From the NCBI RefSeq assembly GCF_009914755.1, contig NC_060932.1: a DNA stretch of 64,000 nt; one strand, 5' to 3'. Position 1 is the stretch's first letter. Each line of letters opens with the position of its first letter. Position numbers and translations under genes: made by a program. The notes under the pieces are model-generated. The model was not told the DNA's origin and searched no databases. It worked only from the letters and a program-made list of their open reading frames with translations. This document shows positions 15,514-29,619 of the stretch, piece by piece. Source of the DNA: the human T2T-CHM13v2.0 reference genome, Homo sapiens.

Positions 15514-16509
15514 GTCTAGAAGAATAGGCTGAAATTCTGAAGGGAATCAATAGAATTTTTTTTTTTTTAATTTACAGCCAAAGAACAATGGGCCTAATAC
15601 ATACATCATGTCCTTTCTAATAATAGAAGAGCTCCAAGTTAGGCACTATTTGCTCTTATTTTACAGATCAGAAAGCTACATCTCAATACATAAATAAGTC
15701 AATAGTTTGACCTAGCTTTCACAGCCAGAAAACCCGCTGTGGGACATCATGCCACTTTAACCAAATGTTTGGGTGAACTGAGAGAGTAACAGTTAATTGC
15801 TTGAGTAAAAGATGGAGGGAAATGTCATGTGGCAGCATTTCCCATGGGCAAACCCTGCGTTCTGGCTCTGTTCTTTTCCAAGTGTGTGACCTTGAGAGGT
15901 ACACTTGACCTCTCTCGGCCTTGATGACCCAATCCATAAAAATGAAAGGCTTGACTAGATAAACACCAAGGCCCCGCTCATGTCTTATGGTTAAGGTTGC
16001 GATTAGTATGTTAAGGGCATTGTGTGAAAGACAATTGAGATGTATTCTTTGTAGCTCTTAAAGTAATTATTTTCAACCATTTTCTAGTGTACTTTTATGG
16101 GAGAACAGTATGTAAAACATAAAAATGGCATTTTATGAGCCTACATGTGTTTTACAAGTTCAAATTTACATTTTGATTATAAAGATATTTATTGAGAGAA
16201 TAAGGCTGATAGGAAACCAAATTTTTAAACTGGGAGGATAAATGATCGACAGATTCTTTTTAGCTTCAGCAACTCCGCATTCTCCCCATTTTGCTTTTGT
16301 TGTTTGTTGGTTTTCCTCTGGTTGTATTAAGAAAATACTTATTCACATACACAAAAGGTAAATGAATAGTTTCGCAATCTCAGAATACTTTTCAGAATAT
16401 AGACATGGCAAGAGACAATTGAAAAGCAAAATCATTAACAAATCAGGTGATCTTTAGCATATTAATATATCATTAAAAATGTAACTTAATCATTTGCAAA
16501 ATCTATCAG

Positions 16510-16870
16510 TCAAAATAAGCTAAGCTTATTCTGTGATGCCAAATGAACCCCTAAACCTAAGTGACTTGCTGAAATAGGTGTATATTTCTTGATGTATTTC
16601 TTGTTCCTCTTACATATCCAATTTTGGGTTGTATTGGGAGCAGGGGCTCTGATCCATATAGTTACATAGGGATCCAGACTGATGGAGGCTCCACCATCTT
16701 GTAGCTGTACCGTCCTGTGCACATCATATCCTTAGCTGCTGAGGCAGGGGCTGAGGCACCTGGAGCGTAAAACACTGGCAGTTTTAAACAGCGCCTGTTC
16801 TTTGCACACGTATGTGAAACACATACATCACTGCTCGGTGGTTGCCAGATCTAGTCTCATGGACCTTTTT
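16510..16870. mobile_element. MLT1-type MaLR LTR (old)
   Basis: agggatccagactgatggaggctccaccatctt motif and context. Confidence 0.6.
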
Positions 16871-18067
16871 CGGAAGTCATTGTGTGACTCATATGAACTA
16901 AATATGCAAAAACCATTTGGAAGAACTAAAGTAGCAGGCCGCAAACGTGGCTTATAATTTAAAAATTGAGGTTCCTGAGTTCCCCACCCTACAGCCATGG
17001 AACCAGAATCTCTGCGTATAGTTGGAGAATTTTAATTTTTTAAAAAGTTCCACAGCTGATTCTCATTATCAACAGGCAGCTGCTGCTGTGAACAAGGAGT
17101 GTTTTTAAAGCGGAGAAAAGGCAATACTTAGATTGGCGGATTTAAGATTACCCTGGCTGCAGTGTTGGAGATCGATTAAAGAGGGGGTAAAGTAGAAGCT
17201 GGGAGATTTCATTTTACTACATAATGTATAGGCTCTAATGAGCAAACACAAATGCATGTGCTTACATATCATGCAGTGTGTTAGCAGAACTAGCTCAATC
17301 TGAGGGCCTAACAATGTTGTTGATGTCTCTGTATATTTAAGAATCTTATCCCCAACCCTTCCTTCCGGACTCCTAGAAAACCAGTAGGGTAGGTACAAAT
17401 TGGCTGCCAACCAGTCCTTGTTCAATGCATTTGATAAATTCTACTGGTGGTGGTGGCTGTATAGCCAGCTTGGCACCCATATGAGTCTGTGGATAGTAGG
17501 TGGGGCTGAGGTGCCTAGGCATGCCCTGCTTCTCTCTTGAGAGGCAATTAGAAATGATCCAACTTTCCTTCAAGCCTGTTAGGGCAGCATAGATTTGAGT
17601 TTTGAATCTGGTTATATTGCTGTGTCTACTGTTCTCTAGGAAGACTTGAGAATTTAGAGTAGATCTGCAACAGAAGAAAATGACCAGTGCATGATTCTGC
17701 TTGAAAACTAAACCTGTCTAGTCAGTGCTGGATCATTTAAAGATTGACCATCTAGGTTTGAATTTCTCTTCCTATATGCTGACTGCCTTTGGGCTGATTC
17801 ACCTGGGGATATTAGCATCTTTCCCAGATTGTGTTTGGTATGGGGAGGTGGGGAGTTAGGGAACTCCCATCTACTTTGGGAAGAGGAATAAGTTCTATTC
17901 CTTTCAAACATTATGTACAGCACTTAGGAGTTTGCTGTTCATGCATCATGGCTGAAACATTTGGACAATTGATAAAAATTTGTCATTGCTGCCCAGCACT
18001 TTCTCTGAGATGGATGAACTTATAGGTAGGCTCTCTTTTTATTGTACTTCATTTCATCTTGTATTGA

Positions 18068-18527
<460 letters not shown>

Positions 18528-21041
18528 CTATTATCTTTAATAAAAACAAAGATAGGGAAATTATCCAAAAAATTAGCTAAAAGCTATATAACTTTAAAAT
18601 ATGTGAAATTAATAATTTCAATAAAGTACTTAATATACCACAAAACAAATGTTTTCACTTATCAGCTTTTCAGATTAAGTATCAAAATTCTATTCAAGTA
18701 ACATGAGAAGGTACAGCAATATGTGAAGACCCATTATAGAATTAAGAGAGGAGAAGAGGAAGAACAAGGGTAAAGAAGGGCCCAGAAAGATAAAAAGACA
18801 GAGGGTAAGACCTCCTTATAGCTATGCATACAGTACCTTCTGTAGACACACACTCTCTACTGCAACCTCAAAGAAAGTGCAGGCAGGAAAAGAAATCTGC
18901 AGAAGAAAGAAAATGAGAATGTTTGTCTTCATGATGTAACATTATTCTTTGGGTGTCCTGATGAGCTATTGTTCCTCAAGGTTTTTAAAGCTTTATTGAG
19001 TTTTCAGAACTTTAAGCACCATTGGTAATACCAATTGGCACTTGTCCAACGAGCTGAGTGAAACTGATCCAAAAGCTCCAGAAGCTGCCACATTCCAGGT
19101 ATGGAGTATTTGGGGGCTGTAATTATACCATTGTAATTACTGTCTTTAATAGGATTAAAAATAGAACTGGAATAATTCTATGGTAAGTTGATGTCACTTA
19201 TTGTGACCCAAGTTTCAATTATAATTGTTAACGATGCTATTGCTGAGTCCTTGTTTGGCTTGACTGCCATGCAGTGTTTTTCTGATGAGTGAAGGAGTTA
19301 ACACCTTTTGGACAATTTTCAGAATTGAAAGAAAATTACTTGGTTTTTAGTAGGGTTTGTAATTATTATATCCAAGGTTGGTATCTTCTAGAGGGGAACT
19401 TTTTAGAAAATTAATATTAGACTCTCTCCCAGTCTATTGAAAGGCCGTATTAAATCTCTATCATATACTCTTCAATGCTGTGATCATGATTATATTCAAA
19501 CGATAACCCACATTCTTCCTCTTTGTGGTCATTTGGGACACAGGTGGCAGTCTCACATATGATAAGGAATTTGAATGTTAGCATAAACCATTTTAGTGGC
19601 AAAAAACACACAAATGCTTTATATAAAAAAGAGTCAATTTTAAGGGTATCAAATTTGTCTATGAAGTTAAGCTTTAGGTTTACTGGCAGATGCAGATGTA
19701 GTGACTGTATAATAGATTCATGCCTTAGTTTCTAAACTTACAAAATCTGTTTGCTTAGTTTAGTGTCAGATTGTCAGTCTGCTTTATTGATTCCATCAGT
19801 GGTTTGGCTTATCATATCAGAAATTTGAGTGCTGACTTCTGGCCTCAAGCGATCCTCTGGCCTCAGCCTCCCAACGTGCTTAGATTACGGGTGTGGGCTA
19901 TGATGCCCAACCCTAACATTTCTATCTTATGAAATAGTTGACAGGTAGATATAATTTGTTACTGGAGAAGATTATTTTTTCATTTTGTTCTTTTAAGATC
20001 CAATTGTTATTTTCTGAGTTTATTAACATAGCTAGCCTTATAATGAGAACACAGCTCTCACTTTTACCATTTTGCTTAAAGATTTGCAGATGTGTCGTGC
20101 TCATATACTTCAATGTCTCTGTGTTTTCTCAGGATGTTACAGTTCTGCTTCTTTTATTTCCTAAAATTCAATAATTTTATCTGTGTTAAAAAGTATTTTA
20201 AAATGTAATGAACACAATGTTGTGGCTACTCATAATAGTTTTAGTGAATCAGGAAGTATGCCAGGGGATGGTTGTTAGTAGAAAAACCATTTCATGTCAT
20301 CTTCAGTAAAAGATAAAGAAGTGAGCTTGAATTCAGAGAGCTTGGTATATAGGATGACTGACAGAGATAGGAGCTGGGGCAGGAATAAAAAGATTGAGAA
20401 GATTGAACATTAAACAGAACTTCAGTCATTAGCCAATGTAAACAAGCAATCAAAGAATAGTCCCCTTAAAATAGGAATCATTTAATTCATCTAACAATTA
20501 AGAAAATATAAACATTACAAACCAATGTTTTTGTTAATCTGGTTCTAATTATTTTTAGGTTACTGATGATATTCTTTTAGTATAAAAATATAAAATCAGA
20601 GCCATTTGCCTAGTTTTCATGTCATTTTTCTTCATATTTTCAGAAATCATTGTCTTACTTGAAAGTTTTCTACTTAAGATTCCACAATTAAAAGAACAAT
20701 GTTTCCTTTAAGGAATAGTGCTGCGGGGGCAGGGGCAGAATTTCTTAAAGCATTTTGGGGAGTGGTTTAACTAAATAACCTACATATAGTAGTGCACAAG
20801 TTTCCAACTTATTAATAGTTGCTTTCCAGTGAGTTTTTAGCTCCTACATTTTTTTTGGAAGTAAATGTGATGTAATTAAATTAAATATTCTAGCAACTAA
20901 CAACAAAAGGCTTTTTCAACAGATAATAATAAATTGAACTCGGAAACTGTAAAAAGAATGAAGGAGAACTAATAGAAATTGATATGGAAAGGTGTCTAAG
21001 ACAAAGTGAAGTAAAAATATTTGTATAAAACTATGGACATT

Positions 21042-21350
21042 GGCCAGGCATCTTGGCTCATGCCTGTAATCACAGCATTTTGGGAAGCAGAGGCATGCAG
21101 ATCGTTTGAGCCCAGGAGTTGAAGAACAGGCTGGGCAACATGGCAAAACCCTGTCTCTACAAAAACTACAATAATTAGTTGGGTGTGATAGCATGTGCCT
21201 ATGGTCCCAGCTACTTAGGAGGCTGAGGCAGGAGGATGGATTGATCCCAGGAGGTCGAGGATGCAGTGAGCCCTGATCACACCACTGCATGCCAGCCTGG
21301 ACAACAGAGTAAGACCCTATCTCAAACAAGAAAACAACAACAACAACAAC
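21042..21350 (+). mobile_element. Alu (AluJ-like)
   Basis: Dimeric Alu, (CAA)n tail, degenerate TSD aaaactatggaca / aaaattgtggaca. Confidence 0.9.
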
Positions 21351-21800
21351 AAAATTGTGGACACAATATGTTCCCATTTGTGTGGGTTTTTTTTTTAAAG
21401 AAACACACATGCATATATACACATACTAATCCCTATGTAAATATATGCATACAAAATTTACAGAAGGATATACACAAAGCTGTGGAGGTTGATTCAGGAA
21501 GGATGTAACAAATTTACTATTATATAGCCTTCTGTACTATAGTTTTGTTTTCCCATATGCATGTACCCAGTTATATATTGTCCTTTTAATTTAAACATCT
21601 AGTAAAAAATAATAATTTCAATGAGACCAGAAATTACTAAGCAAAGGAAATGGCAAGGTAGTTCTACTTTTTTGGAAAAAAAAAAAAAAGAAAAGATGGT
21701 CATTGTATTTGAAACTTAAGACAAGATAATAACACGTATTATCTGGTTAATGAATGCCTGTCCTGTCTTCACAAGGATTTTTCCTGACATAAAATTCTAA

Positions 21801-22116
<316 letters not shown>

Positions 22117-22729
22117 AAAAATATTTTTTAATTATATACACTAAATAACAACATAATGAATAATGTCTTCAATATCAGTTCCTCACACAATTATTTCTTG
22201 CGTTGAACTTCAATAAAATTCAGAATATAACACTAATGGTATAACTTGATAAGGTATTTTATAGGAAGCATTATAGCTCACATTTACCAAGGCTTAATGT
22301 TTTACAGGCACTCTTGTAGGCATATTGCTTGCATGATGTTATTAAATCTTCCCGACATCTCTATATGATCTCTATTTTACAGGTAAGGAACCTGAGGGAG
22401 AGAGAGGCTAAGTCAGTTACTTTCCCATTACGCTGCTAGTAAGTGGCAAAGCCAGGATCTGAAGTTAGACTAAGGGCCCATGTTCTCAATGATGAGACAT
22501 GCCTTAGGTATACTGACTGCAGATGACCTAACTTGATATGCCTGTAACTCTTAGACAACTTAAGAAAGATCACATTTTTCTTACTGATGATTGAGAAATG
22601 CAGTCTATCTCAAATGCCTTTCATAGGAGCTGAATGACAGTCAGATTGGCAGTGGACAGTCTAGCAAGCTCCTACAAGATAGAATGGGCTTATGGGAAAC
22701 AGGTCCTTTTTAACTTAAAAAATCATTTT

Positions 22730-24180
22730 CGAATAGGTGATACATGCATATTATACACACAGTGAAAATTAAGGCTCTCTCTCATCACACCCTAAGCCAC
22801 CCACTTCTTTTCTCAGAAAGCAACCACCATTACTAGGTTCTTATATATACTAACAGAAATGTTTTATTTGTATGTGGATAACTACACATACTTCACATTG
22901 TTTTCAAAAATTGAAGCATACGACATGTGGTGTTCTATATCTTCCTTTCCCCCTTAAAAATACTTTTTTCAAGATTCTTTCATAATCAGTTATACCAGGA
23001 ACTGTGTAGTTATTTTTAATGGCTGAATAATATTCCATTATATAGACATGTCATATTGTATTTAATCATTTCTTTATTAGTCACCACTTAGGTTATTTTC
23101 AACATTTTGCTATTGCAAATAGAAAATTGCATCATTTCATACATCAGTAGGATAAATATCAAGAAGTGAGGACACTGAGTCAAAAGGAGTGTGCTTTAAA
23201 AATGTTGATAGATCCTGCAAAATGACCCTCTTTGATGATCCTGCAAAACGGTAGTACCATTATTCGCTCCCCTACTAGTAATATATGAAAGTGGTAGTTT
23301 CCACCCACTGTTAGCAAAATGGCTTGAAACTTTTTGATCTTCACCATCCTGATAGAAGAAAATGGTATTTATTGGCAGATATTTGCATTCCTCTTATTAG
23401 TAATGAAGCAAATTTGTTGTTTATGCCTTTGGTGTAATCTCTGAGTCCACTGCCAATTCCAAGATCATGAAGATTCACCTTATGTTTTCTTCTAGGAATT
23501 TAATAGTTTTAAGTCATACACTTATGTCTTTAATCTATTCTGAGTTCATTTCTGTCCACGGTGTGAGGTAAGGGTTTAATCTCATTCTTTTGTATGTGAA
23601 TATGGAGTTGTTACTGCACCATTTATTGAAGCCACTATTTTTCCCCATTAAATGGCCTGGGCATCATTGTTGAAAATCAGTCTGTTTTCCCTAAATGTAT
23701 GTGTTTACTTCTGAACCCTGAATTATATTTCATCAATCTGTACATCTATTCTTACGCCAGTACTACGGTTTTTGATTACTGTAGCTTTGAAGAAAGTTTT
23801 GAAATTGGGAAGTATGAGTCCCCCAACTCTGTTTTTCTTTTTAAATATTGTGTTGGTTCTTTGGGGTTCCTTGCAATTCTATATGAATTTGAGGATGGGA
23901 TTTTCCATATCTGTAAATAAAACAGGGGAATTTTGATAGGGAGTGTATTGCATCTGTATATTGATTTCTGAATTGCCATTTTAACAATATTAAGTTTTCT
24001 AGTCCATGTATATGGGATGTCTTTCCATTTATTTAGATTTTCTTTAACTTCTTTCAATTATGTTTTGTATTTTTCAGTATATGTCTTGCTCCTCCTTGGA
24101 TAGATTTATTTCTAAGTATTTTTGTCTTTTTGATGCTACTATAAATGGAATTATTTTCTTAATTTCATTTTTGGATTAGA
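22730..24180 (-). mobile_element. Old L1 (L1M) fragments, ORF2 C-terminal part and 3' region
   Basis: Minus-strand ORF 23776-24057 (NKWKDIP..IYRCNTLPIKIP) matches L1 ORF2p; degenerate. Confidence 0.85.
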
Positions 24181-24459
24181 GATGCCTTTTTGTAATGTGT
24201 CTATTTGCAGGGGTATCTCTTTCTAATCGCACAAAAACATCTTGTGCTGGCACTGGTGATCTTTGGGAGTGTAACATCAGCTTGAAAGTGCCATAGAAAT
24301 AGGGACTCTCTATCTTAGTGCTGAGTAGGCATTTACTAAAGCTGAATGAATGGATGACAATTTGCTGAGAGTGAGCTTGGGTAGGAGCTTAAGAGAGGCA
24401 GCAAATATGGATTTTCAAGAAATTCAGTGATGAATGGAAGGCCTTAAAAATGAAGGAAA

Positions 24460-25192
24460 TGGAATATTATCCAGGATAGACTATAAACTAGGCCATAAAA
24501 AAACTCAATGATTTTGAAAGGATGGGGGAATTGTACCAAGTATGTTCTCTAACTACAGTAAAATTAAGTTAGAAGTCAAAAACACAAAGAAATTTGGGAA
24601 ATTCACAAACATGTGGAAATTAAACAACATACTCCTAAATAGCCAATGAGTCAAATAATAAGTCATAAGGAAAATTACTTTGAGATAAATAAAAACTAAA
24701 GTACAATATACCAAAATTTGTGGGACAGAACTAATGAGGTATGTAGCTGTAAAAACCTATATTATTAAAAAAAAAGAAGATTTCAAATCAATAGCCTAAC
24801 CTTCTGCCTTATGAAACTAGGGAGGTTGGGGGGCGGCGGGGGGAAATAGAAGATACTAAACACAAAACAAATAGAAGGAAATTATAAAGATTAGCATGGA
24901 TATTAATGGAATAGGAAATAGAAAAACATTAGAGAAACCTCATTAATGAAACCTCAAGTTGGCTCTCTGCAAGGAGCAACAAAATTGACAAAGATTTAGA
25001 TCGAGCAAGAAAAAAACAGAGATGACTCAAATTACTAAAATTAGGAGTAAAAGAGCTGATATTAATATAAATCAGAGAAATGAACAGGATTATAAAGGAA
25101 TACTATGAACAACAAATTAGATGACTTACATTAAATGAACAAATTCCTAGAAAGACAAAACTACCAAAACTGACTGACACAAGGAGAAATAG

Positions 25193-25223
<31 letters not shown>

Positions 25224-27432
25224 TGGTAAATGATTATAGTAATTTAAAATATTACCAGAAAGAAAAGCCTAGAGCCAGATGGCTTCAATGGTGAATTCTA
25301 CCAAACATTTAAAGAATGATTAGTAACAATCCTTCAGAAACTCTTCCAAAAAAGTGAAAAGGATGGCATACTTCTCAATTCATTGTCAGAGGCCAGTATT
25401 ACCCAAATACCAAAGCCAGACGAGGATATCACAAGGGAAGAAAAGTATAAACCAATGTAATATCTATTATGAATATAGACAAAAAATAATCAACAGAATA
25501 CCAACAAACCAAATCAAGCATCATATTATACATTCTGAAGGTTATCTAAGGAAGGCAAGGTTCATTTAATATACAAATATTAATTAATGCAAACACTATA
25601 TTAACAGGATAAAGGACAAAAAGCACAATATTATATCAACAGAAGCAGAAAAAGCATTTGACAAAATCTAACGTCATTTATGACAAAAAAATTAGAAATT
25701 AGGAATAGAATGGTGCTTCCTAAACTAGAGTAAGGGCATCTACAAAAAAACGATGTATAATATCATATTTAATTGTGAAAGACTCAATGCATTTTCTCCA
25801 AATTCAGGAATAAAACGATATCTGCTCTCACAACTTCTATTTAATATTGTACTGAAAGTTCTAACCAGGGCAATTAGGCAAGAAAAAAAGGCACCTGAAT
25901 TGGAAGGGAAAAAACAAAACCACCTTTATTTACAGAAAACATGTACTTATATAGAGAAAATGTTAAGAAATCCATTTAACAATGAATAGAATTTATTAAT
26001 GAGTCCAGCAAGGTTGTAAGATACAAGAACAGTATTCAAAAATCAATTTTATTTCTGTATACTAGCAATGGCAATCTAAAAAAAATCTATTCACAATATC
26101 AACAAAAAATAAAACACTTATTAATGTATGTCACAAAAAAGTACAAGATTTATACAATGAAAAGCACAAAACATTGCTGAAAGCAACTGAAGATCTACCT
26201 AAATGGAAAGACATCCTTTTGTTTATAGAAGATATAGCAATACTTCCCATATTGATCTACTGATTTAATGCAATCCCTATCAAAATTACAACTGACTTTT
26301 TTCTTTGAAGAAATTGACAAGGTAATCCTAAAATTCATATGGAATGAAAAGGATTCAAAATAGCCAAAACAATCTTCAAAATGAAGAACAAAATGGGAAG
26401 ACTCGCACTTTCCAATTTCAAAACTTACTACAAAGCTACAGTAATCGAGATAGCATGGTATTGGCATGGGTTTAGGAATAGAATTGAGAGTCCAGAAATA
26501 AAACCTTGTATTTAAGGTCAATTAATTTTTGATAAAGATGCAAAGACAATGGGGGAAAAATCATCTTTTCAATAAATGGTGCTGGAACAACTGGATAGCC
26601 ACACATAAAAGAATGAATTTGGACCACTTCCTCACATCAAACCTGAAAATTAACCCAACATAGATCAAAGACCTATATAAGATCAAAGATCTATATTAGA
26701 CCTATATTAGATCAAAGTCCTATGTTAGATCAAAGACCTAATATAAGAGCTAAATAAAATAAAACTCATAGAAAAAACATAATAGTTAATCTTCGAACTT
26801 TGGATTAGTCAGTGATTTCTTAGATACAATGCAAAGCACGGATGTGATAAAAATATTGATAAATTTGGACTTCATCAAAATTAAACCTTTTTGTACATTG
26901 AAAGCCACCATTTTGACCCAGCAGTTTCACTTCTATGTATATATGTGAAATGAAAACAGGTCAACAAAAAAACTTAATTACCTAGATGTTCCTACATTAT
27001 TCACAATAGCTGCAAGGTATGAACAATCCAAATATCCATCAATGGATGAACGGATCAATAAAATGTGGTATATCTTATACAAAGTAATGTTATTTGGTGG
27101 TAAGAAGGAATGAAGTACCAATACATGTTACAACATGAAGAAGCCTCAGAAACATTAAGTGAAAGAAGCCAGACCCCAAAGACCAAGCATTATATGAAAT
27201 GTCTATAAAAGGCAAATCCACCGAGGCAGAAATAGACTAGTGGTTGCCTAGGGCTGCAAGTGTGACTGGGGAGTGACTACAGATGGTAAAAAGTTTCTTT
27301 TTGTGGTGATGGAAATGCTCAGGTTCAAAGATTACATTTTGATGATGGCTTTATAACCCTGAATTGTTATCAGGTGAACTATATAATTTTAACACGTGAA
27401 TTTTACAGTACTTAAATTACATATGAATAAAG
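24460..27432 (+). mobile_element. Old L1 (L1M/L1MB-like): ORF2 remnant plus 3' UTR
   Basis: Colinear ORF2 remnants (gatggcttcaatggtgaattctaccaaacattt; gcagaaaaagcatttgacaaaat; aaatggtgctggaacaactggata), 3' UTR ending in AATAAA. Confidence 0.9.
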
Positions 27433-27443
27433 TTTTTTTTTTT

Positions 27444-28100
27444 AATGAGGCAAAAGGTAGCGTGAAAAAGCAGGCATGGCATATAAGCAAGCTTTTTTTA
27501 AGGCTGAGTGACTTATGTGGCTGATAGAGGAAGGATAAGAGGAAAGGAAATATAGTGAAAAGGAACAGAGAGGAATAATAAAGCTGGCAAGTCACAGACA
27601 ACATAATTAGACTATCAAAAGAAAATTTGGAAGAAAGGCATGGACAGGAATAAAGACCTCCTTCTAAAGCAAGGTAGGGAGAGCAACTTGATGTAGATTG
27701 AAGAGAAAAAGGAAAGAAAAATGAATGTTCATATTTGATGGCCTATGATTTTCTGGGTCATGTAGAAGGCAAAGTAACATGTTCAAGTGATGAATTTGGT
27801 AACTTTAGGATAATGATGACAGTTCAGACAACAAATACAGAGAATAAAAGAGAACACTGACTATATGAATAGAAGGATTTTAGAGACATTACGACTCAGC
27901 CGAGTTTAAATCAAAGATTGTAAGGCATTCAGTCATCAAGGTTATACATTTTTCTCCAGCAGCTCTAGCCTTCTATGAAATAGAAGCAGAAAAAAAACCC
28001 AAAACAGATGGGTTAACTACCTGTAAATCTGGATTTGAACTGGTAGAATGAAGCTTCCTGCAAATGTTGGATGTAAAAGTGCAGATCTAATCAGGTAAAA
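27444..28100 (-). mobile_element. Probable L2 fragment, apparently continuing from ~24370-24450 before the L1 insertion
   Basis: Purine-rich degenerate sequence resembling antisense L2 on both flanks of the L1; identification tentative. Confidence 0.4.
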
Positions 28101-28311
28101 TCTCAAGCATTAATTGGATATGCTTATAACAAACCGGTAAATTTTTAGAAGATGTAAAACATATCTTAGAAAAATAATTTAAATTATTAATGAGAATTAG
28201 ACTAAGTCATTGAAATTTGATTTTTAAAACTTACCGAGCCTCTCTTTCATTGAACTCAGAAGTAGTGTGAATGGTAAGTCTTCCTTGTCAAATGGAATGC
28301 TACTTAGCAGC

Positions 28312-28673
28312 TGTCTTAGCTCGTTCCAGATGCTATAATAAAGCACCATAGACTGACTGACTGGTTTATAAACACACATTTATTTCTCACAGTTCTGGAG
28401 GCTAGAAGTCCAAGATCAGGGTGCCAGCATAGTTGGTTTCTGGTGAGGACCTTCTTCTGGTTTGCAAACTGATGTATTTTTGTATCCTCCTGTGGCAGAA
28501 AGATGGAGACAGCTCTCTGGGTCCCTTTTTTATAAGGGCACTAATCGCATTCATGCGGCCTCTATGCTATGAATTACCTCCCAAAGGCCCCATCTCCTAA
28601 TACCATCACATTGGGGTTAGGATTTTAACAAATGAATTTAAGGGAAAGCACAAACATTCCGTCCACTGCAACA
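28312..28673 (-). mobile_element. MLT1A-like MaLR solo LTR
   Basis: TG...CA ends; atttatttctcacagttctggaggctagaagtccaagatcagggtgccagca; ccaaaggccccatctcctaataccatcacattgggg. Confidence 0.88.
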
Positions 28674-29619
28674 TCTACAAAATAGGTCCTTAGGAAGTGC
28701 AGAAGTCTGGAACAGTTCTTTCCCAAGCCACAACCCTGAAAACATGGATTGCTGGGTATGCAGATTCTCCTGGGTCCCTTTCCCATAAACACCGAATTAG
28801 ACACTCTGAGGATGCAGCCCAGACATTCTGTATTTTTCACCAGGCATAATGGTGATGGCTGATATTAGAATGGTGAAATTTATCCCACCTAGTAAGAATC
28901 TAAACTGAAAATGGTGATGATGCAAAAAAGATCTGTCAACCAGTTAAAAAAAAAAAAAAAAAAAAGAGGGTGTGTGTTTGTCAGGAGGGATAGTCTTTAG
29001 TAGTATGGCCAAAAGCTTAAGCCTGATTTTCAGGGCTCTATTGTTGGAGTGGGTAGTTCATCAACTTCCTAAGTAATTCAAATCTTTTTCCCCCCAATAT
29101 ATTAATATATTGGTGATTCCAAGAAAGAGGGTTTAATTTATTTAATGCCTGGGAAAACTAAAAGAACTACAAACAGATGTGAAAGGAAGAGAATAACCAC
29201 ATCTCACAGGAAGCAAAATTTCTGTCAAAAGTTACTGTTCTTTCCCTGTCTAGGTTCTTTGTCCCTGAAAGGTAGATCCGCAAACTAAATCCCTCAATAA
29301 CGTTGCCTAAACAGGACTGGGATCATAGAATGTCCAACACTAACATGAGTTCATAATGGCACAACGAACTTAAAATGTTACTATTCATGTTTTAATTATG
29401 ATTGCAGTCTTACGTTGAAGGTATCTCCGCCGTCCTTAAACATAAAAAAAAAAAGGAAATACAAGCTGCAAAAGTTTTATGTAATGCACTCCACCCTCTT
29501 TTTTCCCCAAGCCAACACACACCCTTCAAACTTTTTGACAGTTATTTTCAGACCCCTCCTAGGCTCCCGAACTCCATGCAACTCCAGCAGTCTCCCCTGG
29601 GCCATTTTTAGCCTCTGCT

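Noticed and set aside
18931-18965. C/D-box snoRNA-like ATGATG...CTGA
   Set aside because: Imperfect C box, too short, no terminal stem.
19008-19098. Possible cryptic exon (ttttcAG ... CAG|GTATGG)
   Set aside because: Short pyrimidine tract; immediate stop in the phase-1 OXR1 frame; no ATG in the only open frame.
26661-26745. CRISPR-like repeat array
   Set aside because: Eukaryotic context, no unique spacers, no cas genes; it is a tandem expansion of L1 sequence.
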